DNA of 64,000 nucleotides from Haliotis rufescens (GCF_023055435.1 NW_025964223.1:44020001-44084000), one strand, 5' to 3'; positions 1 to 12,166 are shown, counted from the stretch's first letter. Notes: generated by a model from the sequence alone, not told the origin. Numbers and translations: made by a program.

Positions 1-761
1 AAATACAGGTATGTCCATGCTATAGCTACAAGCATTAACTGCATCATGCTTAAACGATGTGTTGACATGTATTATAGAAATAATTCAAATACTTACTTTG
101 ATGCACAGTCTAGATCTTGAGATTCACCCAGAAATGTTGGACTGAATGAGCACATACATGGAGATACATATATACTGAAAACCGAGAAACAATTATACTG
201 CTCCCTCACACGTAATTACTTTTGAAATGACGGAACATAAAAGAATATTAATAAACATCACAACTACTAAATTTGACTAAGATTGCTATCACAGACATGG
301 AACAAGTAATGTCATATACTGAACAATAAAATGGAATGATTAAATCTGAATTGGCTAAGTATGCATTATTTTAGTGCTTACCATTCAGTTCCTAATTTCT
401 TGTGTTATCTCGTATGTTATAACGTACCTGTTCGATCATGTTACCTCACAAGACCTTCACTTAGTGCAATTCTACATGTTATTGTTACAATGTACACATG
501 TCGTTTGCCTGTGGTTAAAAATTGTCTCAAGGAAAATATTTAGGGAAGCAGATGTTTGAAAACGATTACAAGAGTGAGTGAGTATGGTTTTACGCCACTT
601 TGTTTGTTTTACGCCACATTTCAATATTCCTGAAATATCACGCCGGACGACTACAAGACATAATGCTCAGAAATGAAAATATTAGCTTTCCTTTCCCATC
701 ATCCTCGAACTAAAGCCTAAGTTTGGTTGTATTGTCATGTATAGTCACAACTTTTTACCTT

Positions 762-990
762 TACTGTGCTTATCGTAAGTGGCGACTATGCTTGTCGTAA
801 GACTAACAGGATCGGGTGGTGAGACTTGCTGACTTGGTTGATGCAAGTCATGGATCCCAATTGCGTGGATCGATGTTCATGATGTCAATCACTGGATTGT
901 CTGGTCCAGACTCGATTATTTACAGACCGCCGTCATATAGCTGGAACATGCCGAGGGCGGCATTCAACACCAACAAGCAAACAAAACAAA
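762..990 (+). mobile_element. SINE family A (5'-truncated copy)
   Basis: gcttgtcgtaag...gatcgggtggt...ctggattgtctggtccagactcgattatttacagaccgcc...(AAAC) tail; recurs many times in the window. Confidence 0.8.
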
Positions 991-1155
991 ACATACAACA
1001 CTGTGATAATCTCACTCACTCGTGTGTATTTTACAATGCCGCTAAAAATGAATTGAAAGATTGCTCCTTTCAGACTGTCAGAAAAAAACAAATACAAATA
1101 GGTCTTGGGTATTTCATTTAACCGAAGCTGAATCGATATTCATATATATTATATA

Positions 1156-1435
1156 GTGAGTGAGTGAGTTGGGTTTAACGGCGCTTTTAACAGTATTCCA
1201 GTTATATCACGGCGTGTCAGCTTAATGTGGGAGGAAAGCCCGAAGTGATGCAGGTCTCAGACGTTTACCACTTCGGTGAATCCAACGAGTACGGGTATGG
1301 TGCTGACAAACCTAGAAACATAATCAGGGCGAACCGGGATTCGAACCCACAATCATAGGTTTCTGGCGTGCCCAAGGGACGCAACTCTGCACAGCGAATC
1401 GCTACGCCTTAGACGACTGGGCCACCCATGTCCCC
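1156..1435 (-). mobile_element. tRNA-derived SINE family C, full length
   Basis: Minus-strand head with A box (ggcccagtcgtctaagg) and B box (ggttcgaatccc), (TCAC)n tail, and a 12-bp TSD atatattatata at 1144-1155 and 1436-1447. Confidence 0.85.
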
Positions 1436-1952
1436 ATATATTATATATATGCAAAGACTTGGATTGTGTACGTGCTGGTTTAAATGCAGTGTTGGGTGGA
1501 ATTAAACGGTAAAAGTGTTTGCTTCCCCTGATAGTGTAAAAATACATGGATGAGACAGAGAAGTCACCCTGTGTGACATAAAACTGTAGGTAATGTTTAT
1601 GTACATGTACTTAGTCGGCGTAATAACATATTGCAAAAGTGTAAGAATCGTCGATATTGTAAGAACCATAACTGTAATAGAGATGCATGAAGTTAGATAT
1701 ACGTGTGTCATTTGTGTTTCGAAGGACAGGTCACAATCATCAGCAGGCCTTATCGTTTTTATCCCCAGTTTAAATTGTCATGTCATTGTACCCATTTCTA
1801 TGATTTAATAAATGACACGTCATTTCGATCAGATGTTCTTTGCAGCCATTTCTATAACAGCTATATTACCCTGTTTTGCCATTTAGGCCAAATGGAATCT
1901 GTTTCGGTGGATAACCTAGACAGGTTATTTATTCTCTTGCATTTACAATGTA

Positions 1953-2366
1953 TTTATCATCCAAAACTGGCTCACACGGGAGATATCGCTTGGATGAGAT
2001 CAAGCGATATCTACACTGTAGATATCGCTGCAATGAAATTACATCACAATGCTTTGCAGACCATTGTGACGTCACTGGTTATCATGACGTCACAATCAAA
2101 TGACATTACTAATGGCTCTGCTACTGAAGCTGTTTGCAGTACTTTTTACATTGTAGACACTGCTAATTACTGTCGACAAACTGAAAAAGTTGAAGGAATG
2201 ATGTTGGACGATAAATAAAATCTCACCCTCGTGTCTTTTCATATCAAATATATCAACACTCGTTCAAAAGAGTTGCAAAAATCCTCGGCAAGCCTCGACT
2301 TTTTTCCACTTTTATCAACGAGTGTTGATATATTTGATATCAAAAGACACTCGGGTGAGATTCTCT
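1953..2366. mobile_element. Non-autonomous element with a long terminal hairpin, present only in duplication copy 1
   Basis: Absent at the corresponding site of copy 2 (atttacaatg/tatatatacactgac, ~12950). Inverted arms of ~46 bp at 2219-2264 and 2317-2362. Confidence 0.7.
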
Positions 2367-3562
2367 ATATATACACTGACTAAATATCCAGGCGTGTTGT
2401 CTATTCTTTGTCAAGGTAGAATTCAGCTTTATGGAATAGATAATTCTTGACGAAGAGATAAGAATATTGTCCGATGTGGACATATACATGCATGCCTATA
2501 AACATATACACTTAAAGAAATCCTTGTATTTCTGGCAATTAAGCAGATGTGGAGTGTTTATGCTTAGTATTCCAGTTATATAACGGTGTACAAGCCTAAT
2601 ATGGGAAGAAAGCCCAAAGTGACACAGGTCATGGACTTTCATCACTTTGGTACAAACCTCATTGACAAATGATCATAATCAGGGAATATTTGGGATTCGA
2701 ACCAACGATCATCGATCATGACACTAATGACACAACTCTACACACACGATCATCGGACCATGACAACTCTGCACAGCGAATAACGGCGAAATGGACGACT
2801 GGGCATTTCGTGCCTTCCTGTCATATTTAAAGAATAAGTTGTTCCAGAAAATACTGGAAGCATAGACATTGGCCTCAGGTTTCAGACAGAAATGTCTGTT
2901 AGCTGGGCACCCAAGAATATCCGAACTTCAACAAAACAGTCTAGCAAAGGTATGTTCTACTTGTTAAACAGTGATGAAGGGTGAGAGTGGAGGTCATCAT
3001 GACAGCATGTTATTCACCGAGATGTCCCTGGATATCAAACATAGTTTGTACTTAACGTGTTTTTGCGTTCAGTTCAATCGGCAGCAAGAACATATTATGT
3101 AGATAGTTAGATAACATACAGTTACATGCGCATATGACTCACATCTTTTGTCAGTACCCAAGTACAGTAATGGCGTTACAACTCAGTCGTCCTATACAAC
3201 AAATAATGTGCAATTCCAGTTTTCAAAACACCTCCTTGTACAGACAATAACACAGATACACAATCAATGTGGTTATCGTCAACAACAAGAAATCAATTGT
3301 AAATGGAAGGTGGTTAATATTATAGCAGTGGCATATTAATATTTTAGTTTGGTTTGTTTGTTTGTATATATCTATATTAAAATGATGAGGTATAGAATGG
3401 TGTATAATATATTAGTATTTAAATAAGAATAAATATAATACAATCATAAAAGGTTATTTAAAATATCAGAGGTTGGTGGCAGTATTCTAAGGTTTGTGGT
3501 TTTAGGTATTTGTCAATTATCTTGCCATTTGGTTTTATTTGTCTAGCATTACACATGAAATG

Positions 3563-3716
3563 AATTTACACCGCTTTTAGCAATACTCCAGCAATATCAC
3601 GGCGGGGGACACCAGAAACGGGCTTCACACATTGTACCCATGTCGGGAATCGAACCCGGGCCTTCGGCGTGACGAGCGCCGCGAACGCTTTAACTACTAG
3701 GTTACCCGACTGCTCC
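3563..3716 (-). mobile_element. tRNA-derived SINE family B
   Basis: Reverse complement of the 21208-21376 element, with A and B boxes. Confidence 0.8.
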
Positions 3717-4147
3717 TATCTTCTTACAGCTGTGGTTTAGAATTATGCTGGATCAAGAGTATTGTCTCATTCTGGAACCAGGATGACAACAACGAAACGG
3801 AAAACTACAGTCGTTGTTTGAATACTGTTTCAGCAAATTTGTGTCGGCAAATGGACAATAAAATTAGATACATAGCACAATCGTGACGTGATCAAGGGCT
3901 ATTTGTTTGATTCAAAAATGTTATTTTTTTTTATGTGACTCGAACTGGATATTCATATTCAACAACTTGGAAAAGAATGTCTCCTTGTATTACATATGTT
4001 TATGCTTTATACTAAGCTACAGTCTAACAAAGTTAAATATCGGGTTCAATAATTATTGCTTGAAATATCCATCAACGCAAAATCAAGAGGTTCCCAGTAC
4101 CACACTCAATACACATTCTTCTTTATGTTTCCATTGGACAGCACTTG

Positions 4148-4378
4148 GTTGTTGTTGGTTTGTTGTTCAACGCCGCACTCAGCAATATTCCAGCTACACG
4201 ATGGCGGTCTGTAAATAATCAAGTCGGGACCAGACAATCCAGTGATTGACAACATGAGCATCGATCCACGCAATTGGGATCGATGACATGCATCAACCAA
4301 GTCAGCAAGTCTCACCACCCGATCCCGTTAGTTGCCTCTTACGACAAGCATAGTCGCCTTTTACGGCAAGCATGGGTG
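4148..4378 (-). mobile_element. SINE family A
   Basis: Reverse complement of the family A sequence; interrupts the duplication alignment. Confidence 0.8.
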
Positions 4379-4885
4379 ACAGCACTTGGTAGTAGAAATC
4401 TACAAAAGACATACGTGAATAATTTATTACCCAAACTGTCCTGAGGATCCCCCATACACCAAATTGATTACTTCAAATACGTATGACATGACTTATCGCA
4501 ATATCCCTATCCACATCATTTGATAGCGCACCTCTTTCTGAGACCTTCTGCGGTTGTAACATTAACAAAAATATATATACCACGTGATGAACATTCAGTG
4601 ACAAAATGAGTAATATGTAAAATTGTATACTTGCACATATATAAAGCGTTCATTTGACTTAATTTCATCCCGTCCTATTTACGACGTCCCATTTCCCCGA
4701 CTTCTAAATGTAGAAGTTATAACATTCTAGTGTACTTACAAGACATGCCATTGTCGCTTCATTTTCTTCAGCGCGAACTGAGTGTTGTATTAGCTGTGCA
4801 GTTTTCTATTATAATCCCTGTTAGATGATTTAAGTACAGTGGTAAAATGTTTGTATTGTTTAAGGACACACGCTCGGAAATAAAG

Positions 4886-5167
4886 TGAGTGAGTGAGTGA
4901 GTTGGGTTTAACGCCGCTTTTAACAGTATTCCAGTTATATCACGGCGTGTCAGCTTAATGTGGGAGGAAAGCCCGAAGTGATGCGGGTCTTAGACGTTAA
5001 CCACTTCGGTGAAACCCACGAGCACGGGTATGGTGCTGACAAACCTAGAAACATAATCGAGGCGAACCGGGATTCGAACACACAACCATAGGTTTCTGGC
5101 GTGACCAAGGGACGCAACTCTGCATAGCGAATCGCGGCGCCTTAGACGACTTGGCCACCCGTGCCCC
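4886..5167 (-). mobile_element. tRNA-derived SINE family C, full length, young
   Basis: Near-identical to 1156-1435; 13-bp TSD ctcggaaataaag at 4873-4885 and 5168-5180. Confidence 0.85.
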
Positions 5168-5644
5168 CTCGGAAATAAAGACGATCTGTGATTGCTACGT
5201 AACTGATTCTTGAATTCTAACATTCAATACACAGAAAACAGTCGACTGTGCCGAAGGAAAGTCATCAGACAGCACTTCTATTATAACGAAAGCGATTGTA
5301 TTTGTGTTGTCATGATAGAATCTTATTGCGATCAACCGAATATGTGTTCCATAAAGAGATTTGTTTAACTTATATGGATAAGGAATTAATGATACCACCT
5401 AAATTGTACCTCACTCACCTCGAACACAGACGTATCATTGCAATAATACCATTAAAATCAGACCTTTAACCCACGATACGATACCACTCTGCGTGAAGAC
5501 CGATCTAAGACAGAAGGTCGCGTCAGGTGAACTTTTTTAATCAGCCAATCAGCGAGGGTCTAACATTTAAAAAAATGGATGTGTGGAAAGAATGTCAGAT
5601 GATGGGTAAATATGAGAACCAGGACCGGGACTCCTCTTTTACTG

Positions 5645-5885
5645 TGGCAGGTTTGCATTTACGACAAAAGTAAATACTGTTTGTTTTGGATTTAGACAAC
5701 TTGAAGCCATCTTCATTGGCCCATTTTTTAAAAATTTCGTTAAGACAGAGTTGTAGCTGTCTTTCAATCGTATTCATAATATTTCGACAAGAAATGTTGA
5801 AATCGTCAAGAAAAAGTGACCATTCAACACAAGTGTTGAAACTTTAGTGTTGAACCAGTTCATTGACTATTTTATCTTTGGTCAG
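5645..5885 (-). mobile_element. Non-LTR retrotransposon (LINE, I/Nimb-like) reverse transcriptase fragment
   Basis: Minus strand reads SLFLDDFNISCRNIMNTIERQLQLCLNEIFKKWANEDGFKLSKSKTNSIYFC, i.e. an F/YxDD RT motif followed by the typical LQ..L..W...GF.FS..KT block. The clade call is from recall. Confidence 0.7.
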
Positions 5886-6164
5886 GCAGCATGCTGGATC
5901 ACAGGCAATGCCTTCAACACTATATCAGTGTCTTGTGCACTGTGATAGCAAAATGGACATTGACAAACTTTTGTTAATTTGAGCAGATTAACAGATTTCT
6001 GTCTCCATGCATGCTCTACAAGGAGACAGTCGGTTCAGGGCGTTCTGTCATTTGTAATCTCTCCGCTGATACCAGAGGCACGTAACCTTTGGCGGTTGTA
6101 AATAGATTCAGTTGAATAGGTTCTTTTCACAAGCTTCAATAATGAAGAAACGTGTCACACGAGG

Positions 6165-6510
6165 AGGTGAGGTAAAATGGATTTTAGTGTCGCGTCAAAG
6201 ATTATTGCACTTATATAGCGACGTGCATGTACGTGTGTGTGTTTGTGTGGCTGCTTGTACTAGTCCGGACTGATGCCGATTTATAGTACTAGCCCACTGA
6301 GACACCATGCCGCAGTTTAACATGAATACCCAGACACAGTATCGTGACTCCGAGCCGACCAGTCCTTGTTTTAGCCCCTTAATGCCGAGAGCTAGGCAGG
6401 GTAACAACAAGTATCATCTTTCAATGTCTTTTGCTATAATGCAGCCGGGGATTGAACCCCGGACCTTCTGCTCTCTGGGGGGATGCTCTACAACCAGACC
6501 ATGGAGGCTT
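6165..6510 (-). mobile_element. tRNA-derived SINE family D (central domain resembles MetaSINE type)
   Basis: Reverse complement of 10340-10680; TSD-like flanks tgtcacacgagga / tgtcagacgagga; (CCTCA)n tail. Confidence 0.8.
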
Positions 6511-7752
6511 TCTGTCAGACGAGGAACTGTCAGAATCTCTATGTCGTCTTTTTTAACACGGTTGTTGGGTAGCCATGTTTGAAAGGAAACTGATGCAGCA
6601 TCCCTTTTCCACACCCAACACCGAGTGTCTACGAGGACAGTTTTATGCTGCAGCAGATCTCCAAGCTGCAAAGACTGATGATAAAGGGGTGTTATACCTC
6701 AGGTGGTCCAGCCCATGACAATCAATTGGGGACGTACAGAGTTCGGAAGTATGGCATCACCAGATTTGCCAATGAGCATGCGCCTTCTGGGCATAGGTCT
6801 CAAAGCAATTAGATAGTTTGATAATATACATTCACCAATATATATAACTGACATTGAGAATGACCAAGACCAATTTCAATAACACTGGGGCGTCCTGACC
6901 ATGATCTGGCCTGCCATGTACTGTGTGTTTGTGTAAAGCACTAGGACTGGATTGAGCAATCATTCATGTTGTTAAGTATTCTCGAATGCTCCTTTTATTG
7001 GATTGTCATACATGCGCAGTGCTTAGTCATACCTATCCTTTAAAATGATTTCTGTATAATGCAAAACGTCGTCGTTCACTTGAGTACAATACATTTAAAT
7101 AGTCATTTCAATTATATTATTTAGTTAGTTAATAGCATTACCAAACGTCTCAACATACTGCTCTGTGACTTAAATCTCAGGTAGCAAAGTAGAGTAAGGT
7201 GTAGCTATTCCCTGTACCGTGCTAGCCGTTTGATAAAATATTGTAGTATTGTGTTGTTGAATCCCAGATTCAACCTGATTATGGTATAGCGTTTGCCTGA
7301 TACATACCTGAATAATTATAGACCATACCGTTATTGTGGAAATATTGATAACATTCACTTCACTCACTCACTCATGGTCTACAGGTTTGAGTGATAATGG
7401 TGAGGGAGTGAATACCAAAACACAATACATGTATTTTTGTATGTATACATGCTTTAGTTTTACGAACCCTCTATGCACGTGCCATCGACGACACAGTTCC
7501 TGAAGTTAGTTCCCTGCCACGGACGAAAACAATGTTACAATGATGCTTTTCAGTCAGGGCCTTTTAATATATAAACTATTACCAGGGGGTAAAGTAATTT
7601 CCAAATAACATACGTTGAACCACGGAGTCAATTGCATTAAATGGTCAGATTCGGTGACTTGTCTGATAGTCGGCTTTTATCACGTGGATCGTTACATCAA
7701 ACTTTCACTTCTAAACAAAGAAAACCCAGACACCCAAATCGATTGCAAACAA

Positions 7753-7758
7753 TTTATT
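7753..7758 (-). terminator. Candidate polyadenylation signal (AATAAA) of the peptide/EF-hand gene
   Basis: Minus-strand AATAAA ~330 nt downstream of the stop at 8084. Confidence 0.35.
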
Positions 7759-8083
7759 TCATTGAAACGTTCATGTTAATCGGAGATTTTCATTGTTGTT
7801 CCATGTCCTCTGTTAAAATAAAATAACGTCATTAGCGAGTGCATACAGAAACATGTATTAGTATCCATACACATACATACACTTTACCAGCTCGTAACAC
7901 ATGTGATTTTTGATAGTTCGCGATGTCATTTCTCTTAAATGTAGCCAGAGAATAGCAAACCGAGAATATTATCATTATTGAACATATCAGCAGGAGATCC
8001 ATTTTGTATGATTTTTTATATTTTGCTCCCAATCAATGAAAGCGCTAATTAATATCGATTCAACGTAATGCTTAATGTTTACC

Positions 8084-9429
8084 TTATGTGTGGGAGTCTG
8101 CGTATCGCTCCAATGCCACAATCTCCTGAGCCTCAAGAACGTGGTTACCTATTGAGAATCATTGTCAATCATTTGATACATATAATACATTCGGGAAGGG
8201 CAAAGAAATCGTCTTTGGCAGTAATCCTCGGTTCTCTTGTCTCTTAACAGTGGATCCAGTAACAATAGTATGCATACACAAACAACCTACCATTTGAATC
8301 AGCAAAGTGCATAAGTTCACGAGCGCCCAGTTGTCCGTACTCTGCTTTCAGTTCGGCCATATCAAGCTTCCCATCTCCATTCGAGTCAACATCTTGAACA
8401 CCACGCTTACCCTCCGAATCTATCGTTGCTTCAAGTAGAAGGATAGCGTCAGCTTATGTGTGTTTGTTTGTTTGTTGTTTAACGCCGCACTCAGCAATAT
8501 TCCAGCTATATGACGGCGGTCTGTAAATAATCGAGTCGGGACCAGACAATCATTGACATCATGAGCATCGATTGGGATACGATGACATGCATCAGACTAG
8601 TCAGTGAGCCTGACCACCCGATCCCGTTTGTCGCCTTTTACGACAAGCATGGGTGCTGAAAACCCGGAATCGTCAGGGCTTTTCTGCACAGTGGCAACAA
8701 TCATGGCTATATATTGTGCAACATATTTTTATTGAGACGTCACTTCATGTTTGGGTAACCAGTACTGTAGAGGGGCTAGTTTATAACACGTTTACAATGA
8801 TATTTGTTTAACTGCGTGGTGATCACAAATGTTCAAAAAATAAATTCTCACTATTTGAATGTAAAAATGTACATGTACCTGCAAAATGGAATGCCACGTT
8901 TGTTCTACGGAATAGGTTGTATTCCTCGTGGAATTTAATTATTTATTCAGAATTCTGACTATACGTGAAAGAACGACGGCTACGATCAGCTATTGAGATC
9001 CTTTCTGGCGACATGACCATAATTGGAGTGAGGTATGGTTTTACGCCACTTTCAGCAATATTCCAGCAATATCTCGGCGGGGGACACCTGAAATGGGCTT
9101 CACACATTGTACCCAATGGAACTAATGTAGAAGAGGAGGTCCTGCTTTGAACGTACGCCTGAACATACGAAGCATGTTATACCTAGGAATGCGAAATACG
9201 GATCATTCATCTGATAACATGTAAAATTTATAATGTCTTGACAACAAACATTCTTTGATAGACATTCAAATTCTTAGATATTCGGACATGGATATGTGCC
9301 TAAGTTAATATTACTTCCAAGCAGCGTTGTCCCAAGTATCTTCAGGAGCTTGAGAATTGCACCCCAAAAAGCATCAGTCGGCTGGACCACAACCCCAAGC
9401 AGCAGGAGAGCAAAGATGAAGCTTCTCAT
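8084..9429 (-). CDS. Secreted precursor: signal peptide + amphipathic (antimicrobial/cytolytic-like) peptide + G-KR + two EF-hands (105 aa, 3 coding exons)
   Basis: Exons 9429-9315 (115 nt, donor gtaata), 8428-8291 (138 nt, acceptor ttctacttgaag, donor gtaggt) and 8148-8084 (65 nt, acceptor ttctcaatag). Both introns are phase 1; total 318 nt, open. Protein MRSFIFALLLLGVVVQPTDA|FWGAILKLLKILGTTLLGTTIDSE-GKR-GVQDVDSNGDGKLDMAELKAEYGQLGARELMHFADSNGNHVLEAQEIVALERYADSHT*. EF loops DSNGDGKLDMAE and DSNGNHVLEAQE; the second is assembled across intron 2. An alternative in-frame acceptor 9 nt downstream would give LLG-NSE-GKR. Confidence 0.85.
8458..8660 (-). mobile_element. SINE family A in intron 1 of the peptide/EF-hand gene
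   Basis: Family A sequence with (GTTT)n on the plus strand. Confidence 0.8.
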
Positions 9430-9492
9430 CTTAAAAAGGAATTAATTTATATACAAGATAGAGTTGACAATGTCTTGAGTGTTTGACCATTG

Positions 9493-9500
9493 TTATATAC
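9493..9500 (-). promoter_or_regulatory. Candidate TATA box of the peptide/EF-hand gene
   Basis: Minus-strand GTATATAA ~65 nt upstream of the ATG. A tttttaag immediately before the ATG could instead be an acceptor for a non-coding first exon. Confidence 0.3.
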
Positions 9501-10339
9501 AAGTGACCATGAGCTAAGCCACCACATTCAGCTTTGCAGAAGCATCCCATATGCCTACCAGTTTTCAATTATCATGGATTCTAATCCCATCTCTTCATAA
9601 CGTTAGGCATCAAATCTAAAAGATGTTTTAACCATTTAAGCGGGAATCTGATTGTACACATGTCACAGTGATTTTCTTCATCATTAAATGTGAAAATCTG
9701 CGTGAATCACATGCTTTCATTGTAGTTCATGTGTTTGTCCAGACATATTTTGCTTGTATCTTTCGGGCGTCCTTTTGAATGGATCTGTGATAATTGCCCT
9801 CCCGTATTACTGTACATGTACTTTATGATCAAATAATACAAAAAATGTTATTGCTCGCGTTGCTTTCATTTACAGCAAAGATATTACAGTTACGACTTTA
9901 AATGTGAAATCACTCACTGTAATCCCATATTCGCCCCGATGTTCTCGGTTCGTGTAACATACTCGCGATCGCGGAGTTCACCACATCCGCAAACATCTGG
10001 GATCTTCGTCAGTTTTCATCAAGCTAACACGTCGTGCTCAAACGAAATACGATTCAAAGCGTCGTTTAAGCCCAACGTATTCACTCACTAGACACAAGCT
10101 TTGTACAGTTTATGTCCCCAATCCCTGCAGTGCAAAGCCCCGTCGTATACAGGGTAAGAAAAAGTCCACGTTGACCTATGTTGGTCGTAAGAGGGAGTCT
10201 GGCTGGGCGTTTCTGTTGACTGACTATTGACTTTGACTGTTGACTTTGTTGATCGCTGCTCATATAGCTAAGGTGATGTACTTGTTGCTTATATATAACT
10301 GGGATATTGCTAAGTCAACAAAAACTAATCCTCTACATT

Positions 10340-10680
10340 GCCTCCGTGGTCTAGCGGATAGAGTGTCTGCCCAGGCAGCGGAAGGTCGTGGGTTCGATCC
10401 CCGGACTCTTCATACAAAAAGACGTTAAATTATGAAACTTGTTGTTACCCTGCCGGGCGCTCGGTATTCATGGGCTAAAACAAGGACTGGTTTGCTCGGA
10501 GTCTGAGTTGGGTAATCCTGTTAAGCTGCGGCATGGTATCTCAATTGGCTAGCACTATAACATCAGCATCAGTCCGGACTAGTACAAGCAGCCAAACAGA
10601 TACATGCACATGTGCATGCACGTCGCTACAAAAGTGCCATAATCTTGAACGCGACGTTAAACCCCATTTCACCTCACCTC
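10340..10680 (+). mobile_element. tRNA-derived SINE family D
   Basis: Head gcctccgtggtctagcgg...ggttcgatcccc (A/B boxes), body catacaaaaagacgttaaa..., tail (cacct)n. Confidence 0.8.
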
Positions 10681-11590
10681 ACTAATCTTTTACAGGAGTC
10701 ACTGACAGTCGCACGCATCTCGTATAGAACAAATATTACAACAACATACATTATCAAAAATCTCTCACACAACACACATGTGTGTTGTACAATGTTAATA
10801 TGGATTAAATGATTTTGTGCTGCTAATGAAAATACAGATATGTCCATGCTATAGCTACACACATTAACTGCATCATGCTTAAACGATGTGTTGACATGTA
10901 TTATAGAAATAATTCAAATACTTACTTTGATGCGCAACTAGATCTTGAGATTCACCCAGAAATGTTGGACTGAATGAGCACATACATGGAGATACATATA
11001 TACTGAAAACCGAGAAACAATTATACTGCTCCCTCACACGTAATTACTTTTGAAATGACGGAACATAAATGAATATTAATAAACATCACAACTACTAAAT
11101 TTGACTAAGATTGCTATCACAGACATGGAACAAGTAATGTCATATACTGAACAATAAAATGGAATGATTAAATCTGAATTGGCTAAGTATGCATTATTTG
11201 AGTGCTTACCATTCAGTTCCTAATTTCTTGTGTTATCTCGTATGTTATAATGTACCTGTTCGATCATGTTACCTCACAAGACCTTCACTTCGTGCAATTC
11301 TACATGTTATTGTTACAATGTACACATGTCGTTTGCCTGCGGTTAATAAATGCCTCAAGGAAAATATTTAGGGAAGCAGATGTTTGAAAACGATTACAAG
11401 AGTGAGTGAGTATGGTTTTACGCCACTTTGTTTGTTTTACGCCACATTTCAATATTCCTGAAATATCACGCCGGACGACTACAAGACATAATGCTCAGAA
11501 ATGAAAATATTAGCTTTCCTTTCCCATCATCCTCGAACTAAAGCCTAAGTTTGGTTGTATTGTCATGTATAGTCACAACTTTTTGCCTTT

Positions 11591-11805
11591 ACTATGCTTA
11601 TCGTAAGTGGCGACTATGCTTATCGTAAGTGGCGACTATGCTTGTCGTAAGTGGCGACTATGCTTGTCGTAAGTGGCGACTATGCTTGTCGTAAGTGGCG
11701 ACTATGCTTATCGTAAGTGGCGACTATGCTTGTCGTAAGTGGCGACTATGCTTGTCGTAAGTGGCGACTATGCTTGTCGTAAGTGGCGACTATGCTTGTC
11801 GTAAG
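11591..11805 (+). repeat. 22-bp minisatellite (~10 copies) expanded inside a family A SINE
   Basis: Unit actatgctt(g/a)tcgtaagtggcg starting at 11591, 11613, ... 11789; only 2 units in copy 1 (762-801). Confidence 0.95.
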
Positions 11806-12166
11806 ACTAACAGGATCGGGTGGTGAGACTTGCTGACTTGGTTGATGCAAGTCATCGATCCCAATTGCGTGGATCGATGTTCATGATGTCAATCACTGGA
11901 TTGTCTGGTCCAGACTCGATTATTTACAGACCGCCGTCATATAGTATGAATATTGCCGAGGGCGGCATTCAACAACAAACAAAGAAAACAAAACATACAA
12001 CACTGTGATAATCTCACTCACTCGCGATCGTGTGTATTTTACAATGCCGCTAAAAATGAATTGAAAGATTGCTCCTTTCAGACTGTCAGAAAAAAAACAA
12101 AAAAACAAATAGGTCTTGGGTATTTCATTTAAACGAAGCTATATCGATATTCATATAAAGTATATA

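Larger units (their letters stand above)
1..4510 (+). repeat. Segmental duplication, copy 1 (homologous to 10830-~14240); starts outside the window
   Basis: Base 1 aaatacaggtatgtccatgc aligns to 10830 aaatacagatatgtccatgc. Near-identical to ~2890 (vs ~13430), then visibly more diverged matches, e.g. 3935 tgactcgaactgg vs 13923 and 4450 ccatacaccaaa vs 14183. Confidence 0.9.

Noticed and set aside
816-1121. Recurrent MVRLADLVDA... ORFs (also 4106-4318, 11820-12008, 46341-46553)
   Set aside because: Translations of SINE family A copies, not a protein family.
1703-2218. 171-aa ORF
   Set aside because: It spans an insertion junction, is not preserved in the duplicate and has no recognisable motif.
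7030-7085. Minus-strand NDDVLHYTEI as an alternative EF-hand exon
   Set aside because: No acceptor in the needed register; exon 8148-8084 completes the loop cleanly.
7888-8002. Minus-strand signal-peptide-like frame MDLLLICSIMIIFSVCYSLA... ending at a GT
   Set aside because: It lies in the likely 3' UTR of the peptide/EF-hand gene, and I found no compatible downstream exon giving a meaningful protein.
9575-9650. NF-kB-like sites upstream of the peptide gene
   Set aside because: Only partial GGGA matches; none fits GGGRNNYYCC.
11591-11805. CRISPR-like regular repeats (also 60547-61331)
   Set aside because: Head-to-tail units with no unique spacers, eukaryotic context and no cas genes.
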